Below are positions 12,281 to 26,057 of a stretch of 64,000 nt of DNA, in pieces; position 1 is the stretch's first letter, and each line of letters begins with the position of its first letter. The notes under the pieces were generated by a model. It was not told the DNA's origin, searched no databases, and saw only the letters and a program-made list of their open reading frames with translations. Origin of the DNA: Octopus vulgaris (lineage: Eukaryota); contig OX597814.1 of assembly GCA_951406725.2 (NCBI GenBank), forward strand, positions 180,234,001 to 180,298,000, written 5' to 3'. Both the position numbers and the translations under genes were made by a program.

Positions 12281-12496
12281 TCAGGTTGCTCCCATACTTA
12301 AACCAGTGTGCTCTTCTCTTTCGTAAACAGAAGAGTTAACCCTTTGGAATAACTCACTGCCGCCGCCTCTTTGCGCATTGTATTTTCTATATTGTACATT
12401 CGTTGACTTTGAACAATTAAACGGAACGTCAAAGACATCGTGCTCACCCGTTCGGAAGGGTTCTGACAAGACTATAGACGCAACCCTTTCTTTCAA
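12281..12496 (-). mobile_element. Possible very old Penelope-like RT remnant
   Basis: DVFDV...STNVQ and YEREEHTGLSMGAT resemble PLE RT motifs SFDV.SLFTNVP and Y.Q..G..MGSP. Confidence 0.3.
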
Positions 12497-12567
12497 TTCA
12501 AACTAAAAAAATATATATATGCTGCATAGGTAGATAGAAATATATATACATACACACGGACACACAA

Positions 12568-12631
<64 letters not shown>

Positions 12632-13747
12632 AGGGTGCGTATATATATATATATATATATATAAGTACCAGTTGCACACTGAAGTCGATGTAACCGACTT
12701 AATCCGTTTGTCTATCCTTGTTTGTCCCCTCTGTGCTTAGCCCCTTGTGGGTAGTAAAGAAATATATATATGATGTATGTATATATTCTAGTCTAACATT
12801 TCGAAACCTACGTATATGCGTTAAATTTACGTATATATATATATATATGTATGTTTAAATTTATGAAATACGAATTTATGCGTGCGCGCGTGTGTGTGTG
12901 CGTGTGTGTGTGAGTGTGTGTGTGTGCGTGTGTGTGTCCGTGTATGTGTATGTGAATTTCGAAAAGTCTGTCTCTCTCTCGCTCCCGCATACACATACAC
13001 CCACATATACACACATCAAGTTACTCATCACTAATACCACGCAGGAATTTACGTAGGGGATTATGGGAAAGCTAATCGGTTTTTTCCTTTTTTTTTATTT
13101 ATTTATTTATTAATTGCTTTTTCTATCATTATTATTATTGTTGGCTATATTTTTATTATGATTATAAATTTTTCTCGTGTTTTTGTGTTGGTTTTTTTGA
13201 AATATTTTTTCCTCCCCCTTTCTCCCACTTCTATGTCTTTGCCAGCTTTTTTCCTCTATGCTTCCCCCTCCTTGTATCATCACAGCTTCTATATCACCGT
13301 CTTCTTCTTTTATCTATGTCCTCTTCCTCAACCTCCTGTTTATGTTATTATAGGGCGCCATATTTGGTAAAGATACGTAGCGTAGTAAATTAGATCTACT
13401 CTCACTCTTTCCCCTTCTCTGTCTCTCTTCATCTTACTTTTCTCTCCCTCTTGTTTCCCCTCTCCGTATCTCTCTCCCTTTCTCTCTTGCTCTATCGCTA
13501 TCTGTCTAACAACATCACTCTCTTTACCCTATTCTCTCTCTCTCTCTCGTCATATCTCTATCTATTCATATACATCTCTCCTTTTATCTCGTTCTGTTTC
13601 CATCTCTCTCTCTCTCTCTCTTTCATGCTATATCTCTCTATCCATCTACATCACTCCCTTAATATTCTTTTCCCATCTCTATCTCTCCCTCTCAATCTCA
13701 ACCTATTCCTCTCTTTTTGTCGACATTACCCTCTTATCTCATTTACT

Positions 13748-13794
<47 letters not shown>

Positions 13795-14196
13795 TCGTCC
13801 TCTCTCTTACTCATTACATCTCTCCATTTATTTCATTCTCTATCTCATTTTTCTTTCTTGCATCTGTCTCTGTCTGTCTCTCTCTCCCTCCAGCTCTTTC
13901 TCTCTGGCCAGCGTTTTTCTTTCTTTCCAACACTTTCTCTGTCTCTCTTTCCAATGCTACTACCTCTCTCTCTCTCTCTTGTGCTTCCTATTCTTCTCCC
14001 CCTTCCCTCTCTTTCCAGTGCTTCTACCTCTCTCTCTATCTATCTATCTATCTCTCGTGCTTTCTATTCCTCTCTCCCCTTCCCTCTCTTTCCAGTGCTT
14101 CCACCTTTCTCTCTCTCTCTATCTATCTATCTATCTCTTGTGCTTTCTATTCCTCTCTTCCCTTCCCTCTCTTTTCAGTGCTTCCACCTTTCTCTG

Positions 14197-14245
<49 letters not shown>

Positions 14246-14689
14246 CTTGTGCTTTCTATTCCTTTCTCCCCTCCCTTCTCTTTCCAATGCTTCTACCTCT
14301 CTCTCCTGTGCTTCCCCCGTCACTTTCTTTCTCACTTTCTCACGGTTCTTCTACAGGGATGAAAAGACATAATAAAAGTAGATGGGGGGGGGGAAGCGAT
14401 AGGAAGGGGAGGTAAGTTATTTTTGGTTTGTTTGGGTAATTTTAGCTGGTGTGAGAAGGAGGAAGGACGTTACACATTTATTTTTATGTTATCTTCGATA
14501 TTATTTTGTTTAATTTCTATCACATATTTAATCATTTCTTCCTCCTCAATGCTGCTGCTGGTGGTTATTATTGTTCTGGTTGTTGCTGTTCTCTAACCCC
14601 AAATCAGACATGAGAAAGCAAAACTATTTATCAAAAGCGTTCTAGCTATGGCAGTCACTTGTTATTGTCTAATAGTAATTTTACCTTTT

Positions 14690-14720
<31 letters not shown>

Positions 14721-15169
14721 ATACAGTAAGGTGTGATTTGAGGGAGATTTAGCAACCATTTCCAGCTACTCGATTAACTAACTGCTTCTAAAGGTGCCTT
14801 TATAGGTAGGCAGGCTGACAGGTAGGTAAGAAGGTAGGTAGGTCACCAATGTTTGTTATAGGTATAAATTGAAGTAGAGAAAACAAAATAATTTAAAAAA
14901 TGAACGTAAACAAACGGAATAAAACAAATTGAACCACCTACAAACATCTACATCCCCCACACCAAATACGAACACGCGCGCGCGCGCACGAGAGAGAGAG
15001 ACAAAGGGAAACGTGAGGAAAGAGAGAGATAATGGAAAGTGAAGAACCGTGAGTAGAAGTGAGAACATCAAAGGGACAGCAAAGCTGCTTCCTTTTTTAA
15101 AAAAAAATCAAAGGGAAATTAACATTAATTGGGAGCACCCAGGTACACCTATATTTTTCGGGTGTGGTT

Positions 15170-15273
<104 letters not shown>

Positions 15274-15819
15274 TATACAGGTTTATATGTATAATTATAT
15301 ATAAACAAATGTATGTGTGTATTATAGACAGACAGATAGATAAAAAGAAACCTAGGGTGTGTGTGTTCTTTTATAGCCTTGTGAGCGAATTTGGTTGACG
15401 GAAACTATAGAACCTGCCGTGTGTGGGTGGGTGTGTGCGAGTACGAAATCTTATATTTGTCACCCACTACCGTTTGACAATCGGTGTTGGTTTGTTTACG
15501 TCCCCTAACTTGGCAGTTATGGGGCGTAAGCAAAAAATAAACAAAAGAATAGAATGAGCACCAGACTTTAAAATATATAAAAAAAAAAAAAGGTAGGTAC
15601 AGGGGTTGATTTATTCAACTAAAATCTTTCAAGGCGGTGATCCAGCATGGCCACAGTCCAGTGATTGAAACAAGTAAAAGATAATAAAAGTAATAAGCAA
15701 ATGATTAGTATTTCTTCTACTTTATTTTTATAATTATGGTGGCTGTCTTTCTTAAATGCTTAGGAACTTCATGTATATCATCATCATTGTCGTCGTCGTT
15801 TAACGTCCGAGAACTACAC

Positions 15820-15852
<33 letters not shown>

Positions 15853-15905
15853 AATGGATAGATAGATAGATAGAGAGTGAGAGAGAGATGTAATATATAT
15901 ATATC

Positions 15906-16345
15906 GCAGGAATGGCTGTGTGGTAAGTAGCTTGCTTACCAGACACATGGTTCCGGGTTCAGTCCCACTGCATGGCACCTTGGGCAAGTGTCTTCTACTA
16001 TAGCCTCGGGCTGACCAAAGCTTTGTGAGTGGATTTGGTAGACAAACTGAAAGAAGCCCGTCGTATATATGTGTATATGTGTGTGTGTATGTGTCTGTGT
16101 TTGTCCTTCCAACATCGCCTGACAACCGATGGTGGTGTGTTTACGTCCCCGTAACTTAGTGGTTTGGCAAAAGAGACCGATAGAATAAGTACTAGGCTTA
16201 CAAAGAATAAGTCCTGGGGTCAATTTGCTCGACGTCACAGCTTGGCACCGGTGACGTCGACATCAATAGAACTGTCAAAATATGCGAAACTTTCCAAAAG
16301 TATGGCCACTGTCAAATGACTGAAGCAAGTAAAAGAGTAAAAGAG
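15906..16345 (+). mobile_element. SINE family B with a 65-bp foreign replacement in its tail
   Basis: Family B consensus; the segment TAAAGGCGGTGCTCCAGC is replaced by sequence matching 19979-20043. Confidence 0.88.
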
Positions 16346-16609
16346 TCCATCTTCCATGTTGGCAGGAGTTGGGCAGCATGATAGGAAGGTCAGAGGCCAT
16401 ACTAGGTTCCATAGTCTGTTTTGGCTTGGTTTCTGTAGCTGAATGCCCTTCTTAATGCCAACCACTATTCCACAGAATGCACTGAATGCTTTTTATGTGA
16501 CACCATCACCAATGATTTTATTTTAAAGTAATGAATAATTTTCTTTTGAAAATTAATATTCCTTTAACATTTTGTATAAGCACCAAGAAATTTGATAAAA
16601 GTTGAATTA

Positions 16610-17124
16610 CTGTAAATCATCAAGTATAATCCACATTTTTTTCCCAAAATTTAAAGGTCAAAATCCCTAGTGCGTACTATATATGATGTTAAAAATGAAA
16701 ATTATTTTCTAAGCAATATCCGAGTCTCTATTTTTGCTGTCTGGCAATGTTTATTCAGACGCATTTTGTGATGTCGGTTGCGAAAATACCTTAAGCTAAG
16801 CCTGAAAGCAATGAAGTCATAAAAGAATCATCCATAACTTGCAGTAAGCAACATTTATTAAATGTTATTACTGTTATTTCTTTATTTTTCTGCAAACAAA
16901 ATGCACAAATAATCTGCACGTTTGCATAATGTTATATATACAATAATAATAAAGGATGTTACCGTATACAGTTTTACAAACCAAGGACGTTATATAGACC
17001 TTCTTGACTCAAGTTAAGAAGAGGGCACGTATTATACACAAGGTTTAGGTTTTTCAGAGGTACAGCCCCCTAAAAATCCCCTGCGTATTATACTCAAGGG
17101 TGGACTATACTCAAGGATTTACTG
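16610..17124. mobile_element. Tc1/mariner-pogo (Tc2-like) MITE with TA TSD
   Basis: TA-CTGTAAATCATCAAGTATAATCCAC ... GTGGACTATACTCAAGGATTTACTG-TA imperfect TIRs; subterminal GCGTA.TATA repeats. Confidence 0.8.
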
Positions 17125-17909
17125 TATAGTTATTGCATGTATGCCATATTTCCTGATATTATCTATGGTGGGTAAAAGTATACTTCAAAAGTTATATTGC
17201 GAAAGTTATGTTAAATAGCAGGTAACATTCCAGTATATATATATATTATACATATTATGTTTTGTAAGATTCTTGGTGTGAAAGCATGTGTTGAAATAAA
17301 TGTTATTGTACCTTGGGAGGGTCATTTTGCAAAGAAAAATACACACTGGTTATATTTTGCTTACTTTTATTATCAGTCAGCTAGTTAACTAATTAACCAA
17401 TGTACAGAATTATAATCTTATAGTGCAGCATACTTTAATTGTGCTCAGTGACTGTTTCATTAGGATAAACATTATTAATTCCATTTTACATAATTGCAGT
17501 ACATAATTAATCAATATGAATTAAATTAATTTAAATTAGTTTACAATCTATGTTAACTCAAATCACCAAGAGTAATTAACTATGTATTGTATGTATGCAA
17601 GTAAAATTAACAATGTCTACTCTAATGAAACAGCTGCTGAATAAAACATATCAAGACATCTTCAGTGTAAAGACTTAGATATTAAAATATACTTGGTATC
17701 ATTACTTAGTTATCAAGGTATCTTAAGAATGAAGATAACAAACATATCAAAATATCATTGATATCAATACAATTAGATATTACCAACCACATGGTTCCGG
17801 GTTCAGTCCCACTGCGTGACACCTTGGGCAAGTGTCTGTATGTATGAATATATATCTATGAACTATATGTGAAATGTATTCTATACATATACACACATGC
17901 ACACACACA

Positions 17910-17966
<57 letters not shown>

Positions 17967-18315
17967 ATGCACACACATTCACATATATGACATTAATCTT
18001 TAATGAAGTTAGTAAAATATTTTGGCTTTGTCAGTATACTCCCACTAGAGGCAGATATGTTGGACCTTAATGTAAAATGGAATTATTATTTCAGTGTGAT
18101 AATTAGATTTGAGTCCATACTTTGAACTAGATAATATTCTTTGTCTTTGTTATTAAGCTCTTTCTAAAGCTTTTAATCATAAGATATATTTCTTGTCACC
18201 TTCAGAAAGTTTTATTTCAGCCTTAACCCCTGTTTATGCAGTTCTTACTTGCTATGTAGTAATAATCTCTTTATATAATAATGAGCATAGTGTTTTTATA
18301 TATTTGTGTATATAT

Positions 18316-18349
<34 letters not shown>

Positions 18350-18585
18350 TTGTCCAGAATCACGCCAGATGTGGAAGAGGAGACAAAATAGTAATTCAGT
18401 GAAGGAGAAGTAGAGAGAGTAATAGCCCTGACTGAGAGGGAGTGAGAGAAAGTAATAGCAATGAGAGAAAGGAAGGGGTGAAAAAAAAATCAGTGTATCA
18501 ACTCTGTGTGAATATATGTGTGTGCATTTACAAGGGAAGTATGTGAATGTTTGTATGTGTGATTATTATGTCCTTATTTTGTATG

Positions 18586-18939
18586 TTATTACCTCTGCTT
18601 TAGCGAAGGCAGTGGTATTGTTTTCAGTCATGTTAGTTTGTCCATGGACAAGATATCTCACGAACCACTGGATGAATTCAGATGAAACTTTTAGGTATGT
18701 TTGGCCTCATGACTGGCACAAACTGATTCGATTTTGGTACTGGACAAGGATTCTGGATTATTTTTCCTGTTATTTTACCTAATTTTTGAGAGCAGTCAGG
18801 TTCATTTTTAGTCTTCTCGTTTGTGAGAGCAGTCAAGTTTATTTCAGATATTCTCATTTTAAAAATCATCTGTGGCTAATCGTTTAGAGGACGTTGGTGT
18901 TGCCTTGGTGGATATTTTCCCTCTCTGAGTGCTCTTGTT
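18586..18939 (+). mobile_element. Helentron-associated (HINE/DINE-1-like) non-autonomous element
   Basis: Starts TTATTACCTCTGC; subterminal inverted GCCTTGGTGGA; 3' hairpin CTCTCTGAG followed by TGCTCTTGTT; T-rich target. Confidence 0.7.
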
Positions 18940-19074
18940 TATATATATAACATACTACAATTGGCCATCATTATTGACAGCACGTGGTCAGCTAGTTAAT
19001 AATGATATTGCAGTGTTGCACAATTTGAGGAAAGCAATATTGTCTCCCTCAACATCAGAATATAAACATAGCTT

Positions 19075-19295
19075 CTGATTGTGTTTGGCATGCCAGTCTT
19101 CTATCAAAACAACTTATCTAAGGACTCCACCTCATCTCCTCTCATGCCTCTTGGATTGCTAGTTTCCTATTAGATCACTGTACAGCCATATATATATTGA
19201 CAGATGCCTCTCTGTCCTCATTCTTGCCACATTGGTGTACCCTAGGGTTTGGTTTTGTCTTCCACTTTCTCCCTTCTTTATGTCAATGACTAACA
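19075..19295 (+). mobile_element. CR1/Jockey-group RT remnant
   Basis: VWHASLLSK..WIASFL..GVP*GLVLSSTFSLLYVND resembles VWH..LL.KL..WI.SFL..GVPQGSVLGP.LF.LYIND. Confidence 0.65.
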
Positions 19296-21037
19296 TGTTG
19301 CCAAATCCACCAACACTCTAATACAAATGAGAATACTCATTATTCCATCCTAACATTTGTCATGCATCATCCTTTGATGAATTTATGGCTTTATGCTCCA
19401 TTCTCGTATACTGTTACTGCATTGTATTTACATACACAGAATCATGCCTTTACGACTGCAAATCTCTTGTAAATATCTTTCATATATATGTATAATGTAA
19501 TATACTAAATTTATTTTTTGCACAGAATATATATATAAAATAGAGGTCTGCTTATGTGAGGCTGCACCTTGTATGCTGACAAATACCATATATACAAGCA
19601 TGCAAACACACACACATACACACTCACTCATTTACATAAATGCATACATACATACATACAGACAGACAGACATATATTACATTCCAGTATACATACTGAG
19701 ACACTAAGATATGTTACAAACTGCCTCAGTATGAATCTTGAAAAATTAGGATTCACAAAACTAGAAAGGAAAAAACTCATTAGAAAATTACAGACTATAA
19801 GCCATCAATCTGAGACCCCCTTCAGTCACGACACAGACCATGGGATTGCACCTAGAAAGTTACCCTCCCAGGCACAAGTCTGGGCAAGGTTGTTTATGGA
19901 AGACCAGCAGTCACACATGCATACATGCCTCCCCTCTCCACACCACTAGTGTTATCCAAGGGAAAGGCAAAGGCCGATACAGCTTGGCACCTGTGACGTC
20001 GACATCAATAGAACTGTCAGAATATGCGAAACTTTCCAAAAGTTTAGCATATAATTACATATGCACATATTTAGTCATGCAACTATATGTATGAGTATAC
20101 ATACATAAGAACAAAACTTACAGACCTGCACCTGCACAGACTCCAAGCTCTTGCACACATACACACAACCATGTGTAACTACCCTGTTGATGTTTAAATT
20201 CCAATGAAGAAACTTTGGATCTAAGTCAGAAACCAGCACTTTCTCTATTGACAAGAAATCTATAAATAAAACATAATTACATGCTGTCTACTTGACATCA
20301 ACATGACCAAAACTGTACAGGAGAAAAAAAACCCAAAGACATTGCATAAATGAATCACTGATGAGGTGTTAACAAATCCAGTAAACAAAATAACAGTTAC
20401 AGTTTTACATCCATTATCATCACAGAGACAGCGTATACAATAAAACACTTAGATCAAGAATTATGGCTGAACTTAAATTCTTGGAGGGCAAGACAAGATC
20501 ACCATACCTGGGATAATAAACATCTGCAAAACCTTCATAAGATTTAACAAGTATATGGTTTTGTAAAGGATGTAAGGGGGAAAAAAGAAAGGAAAAGAAA
20601 ACTAAACAAAAAGAAACAACACAGTCTGTCTTATAATTATTTTTCTCCTTTGTGTACAACAACCTTGCTTCTGAGTAGACAGATGGTTAAGATAAACATT
20701 GAGAACTCCATCAGGAAGTGGAAACATACATATATACATACATACATACATATGTATATGTGAATACCCTCACACATGCATATTTATGAATATATATATA
20801 TATTCATACATATATACATTATATATATATATACATATACTATATTATACATATATATATATATATATATATATCCATACATATATACATACATATATAC
20901 ATACAAACTAGACATGCATATATATATGTGTGTGTGTGTATGCATGTGTGTATGTATATATGTATGCATTTATTTATAATAATATATTCATGCAAGGAAA
21001 GGATACACATCTATCTATCTATCTGTCTGTCTATCTG

Positions 21038-21080
<43 letters not shown>

Positions 21081-21299
21081 GCATACACACATACAAACAT
21101 TCATATACATGCCACTGAAGTGAGACCTGGACAGGAATCAACATACCATATTGCCAAGATTATGGTACAAGCAAATCCTGAAGCACAAATCTATCACACA
21201 CACATACATGCATACACACACATGCACACACACACACATACACGCATACACACATGCACACACACATACACACACATTTATATAATATGTACATATATA

Positions 21300-21804
21300 G
21301 GCGCAGGCATGGCTGTGTAGTAAGTAGCTTGCTTACCAACCACATGGTTCTGGGTTCAGTCCCACTGCGTGGCACCTTGGGCAAATGTCTTCTACTATAG
21401 CCTTGGGCTGACCAAAACCTTGAGAGTGGATTTGGTAGATGGACACTGAAAGAAGCCCGTCGTATATATGTGTGTGTGTGTCTGTGTGTCTGTGTTTGTC
21501 CCCCCCAACATCGACGACCAAAGCCTTGTGAGTGGATTTGATTGACGGAAACTGGAAGAAGCCTGTTGTATATGTATATATATATTGTGTGTGTGTATAT
21601 GTTTGTGTTTGTCCCCCCCATCATCGCTTGACAACAGATGTTGGTGTGTTTACATCCCTGTAACTTAGCGGTTCAGCAAAAGACACCAGAAGAATAAGTA
21701 CTAGGCTTACAAAGAATAAGTCTGGGGTCGACTTGTTCGACTAAAGGTGGTGCTCCAGCATAGCCACAGTCAAATGACTGAAACAAGTCAATGAGTAAAA
21801 GAGT
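21300..21804 (+). mobile_element. SINE family B with internal duplication and CpG decay
   Basis: Family B consensus; the GACCAAA..GTCCCCCC block occurs twice. Confidence 0.88.
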
Positions 21805-23912
21805 ATATGTGTATAAATGCCTTCATATTAATAAGCTTCCCTATATAAAGTAGCATATATGCATCAGGTATATAAACACACTCACACAAATACATAGACA
21901 CTCATATACATATATGTACATATGTGTATGTCTGCATGTACATACTTGCATGCATGCATACTCACATACAAACATGCATAAAGAAGTACATACATAAATG
22001 CAAACATACAGACATACACATATTTACACACACATACATATACATGTACACATTTGCATGCATACTCACATATGTACACACACATACATACATGCATACA
22101 TATATACATGCACATCTGTATGCATACTCACATACATGCATACACACACACACACACACACACACACGCATGCATGCATGTATGTATGTATGTACGTATG
22201 TAATCATATACAAATATATTTTATTATCTGGAATGCAATGCTGTATGTAGGAAAATATTTATTGAATATAATTATGCTCTAGTTTAATGTGAAGAAATAA
22301 TATTCCTTCCAGAATTGGAAGATTGCCAGAAGTTTAAGGAAACTACTCTGTAGAATGTGATTTCTTTAAAGAAACGCTAATACATTGACAGTTGGGCCGA
22401 TAATATATCTAGGATAATAATGCAGCTATGCACACAGACACATCTAAAAGAAGGCCAGCTGAATGGTTGGCAAAAATTCATTTACAAGTTATTGGTCTAG
22501 AGATGTGTTGTTTCCTCATCTTGCCTGCTATAAAACCTCTGCTCCTTGGGACTTGGTAGTTTCTTACCATCTCCCACAAATCCAAGTAACTGTAACACAC
22601 TCATCTTACCTCTTTTTGTAACTTATAATGTGTGATGCACCCCAGTTTTCTTAGTAGTCCTTTCTCCTCATCAGACGTTCCTTCCTGTCCACATTTTTTT
22701 CTGTCTGACATCAATTTACAAAATGTTGAGCCTGAACATCTACTGTATCAATCTCATTAGTTGCAGAAGGCTTTTTAAACTTCAAGAACACTAACTCTTT
22801 TTTGTTTTTCCTGAATAAACCACAACAACAAATAAAGAATATATCAAATTTCAGTGAAGCAGAAAGAAATACTTTAAAAAATTTAATCTTACACTCAACC
22901 ATTGTTACCACATTATAACCCTAGAAAGAGATACTAACTGATATGTGTGTTCCATTTCAATACAGCTCTAATAGTATATCCTAATGTCGTATAGAGTTAC
23001 TCAAGGTTAACTCAGTGCTAGAGAAGGTGAGATATAGTTTAGTTATTATGTATATTGTTTCATGGTATGGAATCTCAAAAAGATAGACATTCTAAAAGAA
23101 TGGATCTGAAGGAATTCCACAATGCAATTCATTGACTGGTTATTGAAAATTTCTCACTGAGATCAGTTTTAGCCATGTGGAAAATATAAAGATTACAATT
23201 TTTTTTAGTATTTCTTGTATTGTGAGAATAATTGTTGTATAAAAATAGAAGATATTTTAGGTTTATGGTGGAACATTCTGATTGGTCAACATATATAGAA
23301 GCAACATAATTTGGAATTTTACTAAATCAAATCATTTTAATATTTTTAACTGATAAGAAATTGGATTTGAGTGAGAAATATAAGAAATAAAAGACAATAT
23401 CCTTAAGGCACTTTTCTGCATATATAGATACATATATGCATGCTTGCAGACATAAATATAAACTGACCTATGAAGAACAATAATCCTTTTAAAATGAGTG
23501 AGAAAAAGAATAATCATGGACAACTGCTCAGAAACCAACTTCCCAATCCAGATTATAAGTTCACATTTTTACCCAAAATACTTGGTTATGTTATTAAGGT
23601 TTTTTAGTAGTCTTCAAAAAGCTGAGGTTTGTAGGCAAATTCAGTCTGTGTCTTTCACTTGTTTCAGTTATTGGACTGCAGCCATGCTGGGGTGCCTCCT
23701 TGAAGGGTTTTTTTAGTCAAACATAATAGACCTCAATAGTGCTTCTGGCACAAAAATAAACCCAGTAGCAGCTACATCTGACGAGTGCAGGGTTACATAA
23801 TCAGATTGTGACCTAACATTCCATTAAATCCCTAGTGCAAAAGTGATTGATAAGATCAGCTGTAATGGATATATAATACTTTACACTTCAGATAATACAT
23901 ACATACATACAT

Positions 23913-23969
<57 letters not shown>

Positions 23970-24500
23970 CATACATGCATACATACATACATACATGCAT
24001 ACATACATACATACATACATACATACATACATACATACATACATACATACATACATACATACATACATACATACAGGTATGGTGATGCAACAAGGAAAAA
24101 TAGATCTCAAATAGACTATAAGTATATCTTAATGCATGAAACTTTTGGCCTTTAAGTTACTCTGTTACTTCTGTTAGATACTAATAAATAAGTATAAATT
24201 ATTGCAGATGTGTGTGTGTATGTGTTGGTGTGTGTGTGTGTGTGTGTGCATGATATAATATATTATAAGGAGAAAATGGAGAGTTTTAACTGATAAAATT
24301 CAATTTATTTACATTTTGTCAAAATTCTCTGTAACCTACAATTGTTTCCATAGTTAACTCAATCAATAAACACCAATACCATTAAGTTATACTGGACTCA
24401 TGAACTTTTACATCAATATATAAGATTAAACTGGTGAAGCTTGGATGATAACATCCTTGCTAGATGTATCTCTATATTCAAAATAACTATAAATAGATAT

Positions 24501-24907
24501 CAGGGACATGCCACCTGGGTAGGCAAGGTAGGCAATGCCTACCCTGAATAAAATAGATCGAAAACGTTTTCCTTTTATGGCAAAATATGCACCTAATTCA
24601 ATAAAATTATGAAGGTTACTCTGATTGCTATGCATAAAATGCAAAATATCTTATTTCTTTTTGTAGATTAGGTTGGCATAATTCACTCCTGCCATTCAGT
24701 TTCAGTATTAAAACTATGCATAGTACTGCTGTAGTACATGTGCTGTGTACATTCCTACAACAACGTTTTCTTTATGTGCTATAAAGGCTGAAGTAATTCT
24801 ACCTCCATACCAGTCACGCACCTGTGTTTCACTTAATTTTTTGTGTGTTTTACTACATAAACTTCACCAACTGCCTACACTGAGCAATTACTGACGGTAC
24901 ATACTTG
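24501..24907. mobile_element. Putative hAT-type MITE
   Basis: CAGGGACATGCCA ... ACGGTACATACTTG imperfect ends; flanks ATAGATAT/ATATATAT (8 bp, 1 mismatch); TAGGCA/TGCCTAC subterminal motifs. Confidence 0.5.
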
Positions 24908-24924
24908 ATATATATGTATGTATA

Positions 24925-25295
24925 TCTATTATATAAAATCCATTTTGTCTGTGTGTGTGTGTCTTCTAAGATCTCGGGCATCCTCCATCCAATTGCACTC
25001 AAATTTGATATGTAGATACCGACGGTATCAGAGAGTGTATAAGTCTTGAAAAAATTACAAAAATCGATTCCAGGTGAGAATGTGATCGATAAAGTGAATA
25101 AAATCGTTTTTCTTTGGAATAGAAAAAAGTCTATCTTTATTTCTTCTTTTGCTGGTGTCTCAAATTTAGGTTAAATCAGTGTTTCTCAAAGGGGAGGCCT
25201 ATGGGACGGTCGGACAAGTTGTTTTGAGAAAATTTGTTTTAAATGTTTGACAACTCAGCACCGTCCATTAGATGGTGGGGAGGGCGTTTTGCTCA
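24925..25295 (+). mobile_element. Helitron-like 5' fragment (different family)
   Basis: A|TCTATTATATAAAA start followed by (GT)n and AAATTTG motifs typical of non-autonomous Helitrons; no 3' CTAG end seen. Confidence 0.5.
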
Positions 25296-25394
25296 TATAT
25301 ATATATATATATATATATAATAATATTTGGGAGTATAACTCCAAACTTACAGAGGAAAATTCAATTTAGTACTAAATCAAATTTCACAATATAA

Positions 25395-25660
25395 ATATAT
25401 AAAATATAAATTAGAGATAAAACCACTATTATGCAACTCAAACAGTGATAGACATAAACCAAAACATAAATAACAAATAATATATATTCTTATAAAACAT
25501 ATAACTAGATCTCAAAAAGTGTTTCATTTTTATACTTTTTGAGATCTAGTTATATGTTTTATAAAAATATATATTAGTTGTTATTTATGTTTTGGTTTGT
25601 GTCTATCACTGTTTGAGTTGCATAATAGTGGTTTTATCTCTAATTTATATTTTATATATA
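25395..25660. repeat. Near-perfect fold-back palindrome, ~125-bp arms with 13-nt spacer (PLE-like tail)
   Basis: ..AAACATATAACTAGATCTCAAAAAGT gtttcatttttat ACTTTTTGAGATCTAGTTATATGTTT.. Confidence 0.9.
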
Positions 25661-25666
25661 TATATA

Positions 25667-26057
25667 CTAGCAGTATCGCCCAGCGTTGCTCGGGTTTGTA
25701 AGGGAAATAACTATATAAGCATTTTTAGAGATGTAAAGTATAATAGCCATCTCAATATGGCTAACCAGGGGGGTGTTACTGTAGCTTTTTACTTTCTGAG
25801 ATTTAATAATAAATTTTTAGAGAGTTACTTCCCTTATATATGCCAAAAATGCATTAAAAATGGGAAAAATTGATGGTAAATTTTTTTAAAAATCGTAGAC
25901 TCATCGTAGACGCGCGCTAATACCCAGAAGGGCTCAATATGAATCACGACTATAAGATACCCGGTTTTGGTTAAACTGCACTGCAAAATGTGGGAGTAGT
26001 TAGAAATCTAAATCGTAGGAGACAGACAGCACACAACCTCACTTTTATATATAAAGA
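25667..26057 (-). mobile_element. Non-autonomous Helitron, copy 2 (about 95 bp longer internally)
   Basis: Same termini as 11406-11702, inserted at an AT dinucleotide in a (TA)n run. Confidence 0.85.
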
